Source: Candidatus Bathyarchaeota archaeon (lineage in GTDB: Archaea; Thermoproteota; CALKCG01; B24; DRYS01). From it: 19,886 bases of DNA. Below, one piece after another: positions 18,653-19,886 of this stretch. The stretch's first letter is position 1. Every line of letters starts with the position of its first letter. Under the pieces are notes generated by a model that was given only the letters and a program-made list of their open reading frames with translations, was not told the origin of the DNA and ran no database searches. Made by a program: the position numbers and the translations under genes. Location: contig JAGTQC010000011.1 in assembly GCA_018396535.1 (NCBI GenBank), forward strand, positions 1-19,886. Direction: 5' to 3'.

Positions 18653-18775
18653 GACTGTTTTTAACAATATCTTATAGCATAACGTAGAACGTACATATAA
18701 TATAAATTAATAATGGAATATTATTCATACATACGGTTATAGCGTACTATCCTAGAGTATTCTCTAACCTTCATC

Positions 18776-19000
18776 CTACCTTGTAACAGGTGAAGCAACA
18801 GCAAACCTTCTACTTACACTCTCTATCTTTATGTGAAGATGATCTCCAACCTTACTACCTGGTACGAATATTATAAAGCCTTGTATACGAGCTATACCAT
18901 CACCTCTACTTCCTACAGATTCTATCACCACATCGTATTCTTCGCCTACCTTAACAGGTACTGGTCTATACCCTCCACCGCCTACACGTTTTCTCGCCAT
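18776..19000 (-). CDS. Single TRAM-domain RNA-binding protein (archaeal cold-shock-like RNA chaperone)
   Basis: PVKVGEEYDVVIESVGSRGDGIARIQGFIIFVPG..VGD...FA; GGAGGTG SD before the ATG at 19000. Confidence 0.92.
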   Translation of the reverse strand: MARKRVGGGGYRPVPVKVGEEYDVVIESVGSRGDGIARIQGFIIFVPGSKVGDHLHIKIESVSRRFAVASPVTR

Positions 19001-19024
19001 ACACATACACCTCCTTTCCATACA

Positions 19025-19129
19025 GAGACCCTAGGTAAAGGATTATACCCTGTTATACTACACCTACCAACTCCGTGAGGAGAAGGTAGGCGTAAGTATA
19101 CGGATACAACCCTCCACCTGGTAGGCCTC
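19025..19129 (-). promoter_or_regulatory. Long structured 5' leader hairpin of the TRAM gene
   Basis: Nested helices of 18 bp (5 G-U pairs), 5 bp, 10 bp and 4 bp with a UCAC loop. The G-U pairs form only on the minus strand. GAGAAA-TGTTAAATA BRE/TATA at about 19157-19170. Confidence 0.75.
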
Positions 19130-19407
19130 CTAGGCTTATAATCACAGTTATCTCCTATTTAACATTTCTCTCTAGCGATCATGATGGAGTATATAACATT
19201 GCAGATTAAGAAAAGGGAAAAATATATGTATACAGAAGTTAATATATTCCATACTCTTCTACGGTTTATACAATTACTTTCATTTTTCTGAAGATTTCTC
19301 TCCCAATACATCTGTTACTCTGTGCTAGTATAACTTTACTTAAAGATTGGTTATCGGCAATCATACCAACGATCCTTTACTGATATACCTAACGCTGTCA
19401 AACTCTG

Positions 19408-19614
19408 GTGAAGGGCATCGATAGATATGTTAAACGTATTAAGGTATACGGATCTACCATAAGTAGCAGGATTCCTACAACCTGAACATCTATTATTCCT
19501 AGAATTGGGGGGAAGGAAAATATAGCTAAGGAAATATACGCTAAGACGAAGCAATCTGGTATAATGGCGTTATCAAAAATCTCTCGTAGTAGAGTGGGGA
19601 AACTTAACGAATAA
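19408..19614 (+). pseudogene. Possible degenerate minimal nucleotidyltransferase (MNT) remnant
   Basis: VKGIDRYVKRIKVYGSTISSRIPTT*TSIIPRIGGKENIAKEIYAK resembles the 'VYVFGS..RG....SDIDIL' layout, with a stop at 19483 and no DxD. Confidence 0.3.
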
Positions 19615-19686
19615 ATAGTTAACTAAACTATATAGCTAAAACTATACAAAACAAATAGAGTATATCTGCTTAACCCTATCTCTCTT

Positions 19687-19886
19687 TTATGCTTGTGTTA
19701 TCTTTTCTAATTTTTCTTGTATTGATTTAAATCTTTTCTGGTATTCTGTTCTTTCTGCTACTTTCATACTTCTCCATAGTAGTACTTGTTTTCTCATTAG
19801 GTCTAGGAATTCTCTTCCGAATGTTATCCATGATCCTCTAGGTCCTGTTGTCCTCTCCATTCTTACTATGAAGCTGTGTCTACCTG
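19687..19886 (-). CDS. 3' end of a gene truncated by the window edge, possibly a large FtsX-like permease family protein
   Basis: ...GPRGSWITFGREFLDLMRKQVLLWRSMKVAERTEYQKRF...TQA*; the RKQxLxWR tail is recalled from large archaeal FtsX-like proteins. Confidence 0.55.
   Translation of the reverse strand, partial: GRHSFIVRMERTTGPRGSWITFGREFLDLMRKQVLLWRSMKVAERTEYQKRFKSIQEKLEKITQA

Noticed and set aside
19025-19129. H/ACA guide RNA interpretation of the TRAM leader hairpin
   Set aside because: No clear pseudouridylation pocket, K-turn or 3' ACA tail at the hairpin base.
18833-19554. ORFs 18833..19078(+), 19351..19554(-) and a ~50-aa AT-rich minus ORF near 19160-19311
   Set aside because: Antisense to TRAM or its leader, or overlapping its promoter; no motifs or SD.
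1-19886. CRISPR array, IS element or intein
   Set aside because: No regularly spaced repeats, transposase or intein insertion (NrdJ and the KaiC-like protein have uninterrupted motifs).

Overview
Archaeal chromosomal window. The gene families, TTTAA/TTTAT-type promoters and GGTG/GGAGG Shine-Dalgarno (SD) sites suggest a thermophilic Thermoproteota/Bathyarchaeia-like organism (inference). It carries mostly housekeeping and accessory metabolism genes: nitroreductase, flavodoxin, polysaccharide deacetylase-like protein, flavin reductase, PPP-family phosphatase, Thermotoga-like GH3 beta-glucosidase, KaiC-like ATPase, SufS-type cysteine desulfurase, His-type Thi4 with an HTH regulator, tRNA-Arg(GCG), thiDN, class II ribonucleotide reductase, a rubrerythrin-VIT1 fusion and a single-TRAM protein. 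Several features are missing from the ORF track. (1) A ~105-nt G-U-rich hairpin in the TRAM 5' leader whose 5' arm can alternatively pair over the SD and AUG, a candidate two-state translational switch. (2) A 41-aa classical C2H2 zinc-finger microprotein inside a small tRNA-adjacent islet (RHH protein, wHTH-like protein, zinc finger, matrixin). (3) A box C/D sRNA with a guide complementary to the 23S peptidyl-transferase region. (4) A phosphatase that needs a non-canonical CTG/ATA start. (5) A vapBC pair with lesions in both genes, plus other pseudogene remnants. All family calls come from motif recognition; no searches were run.
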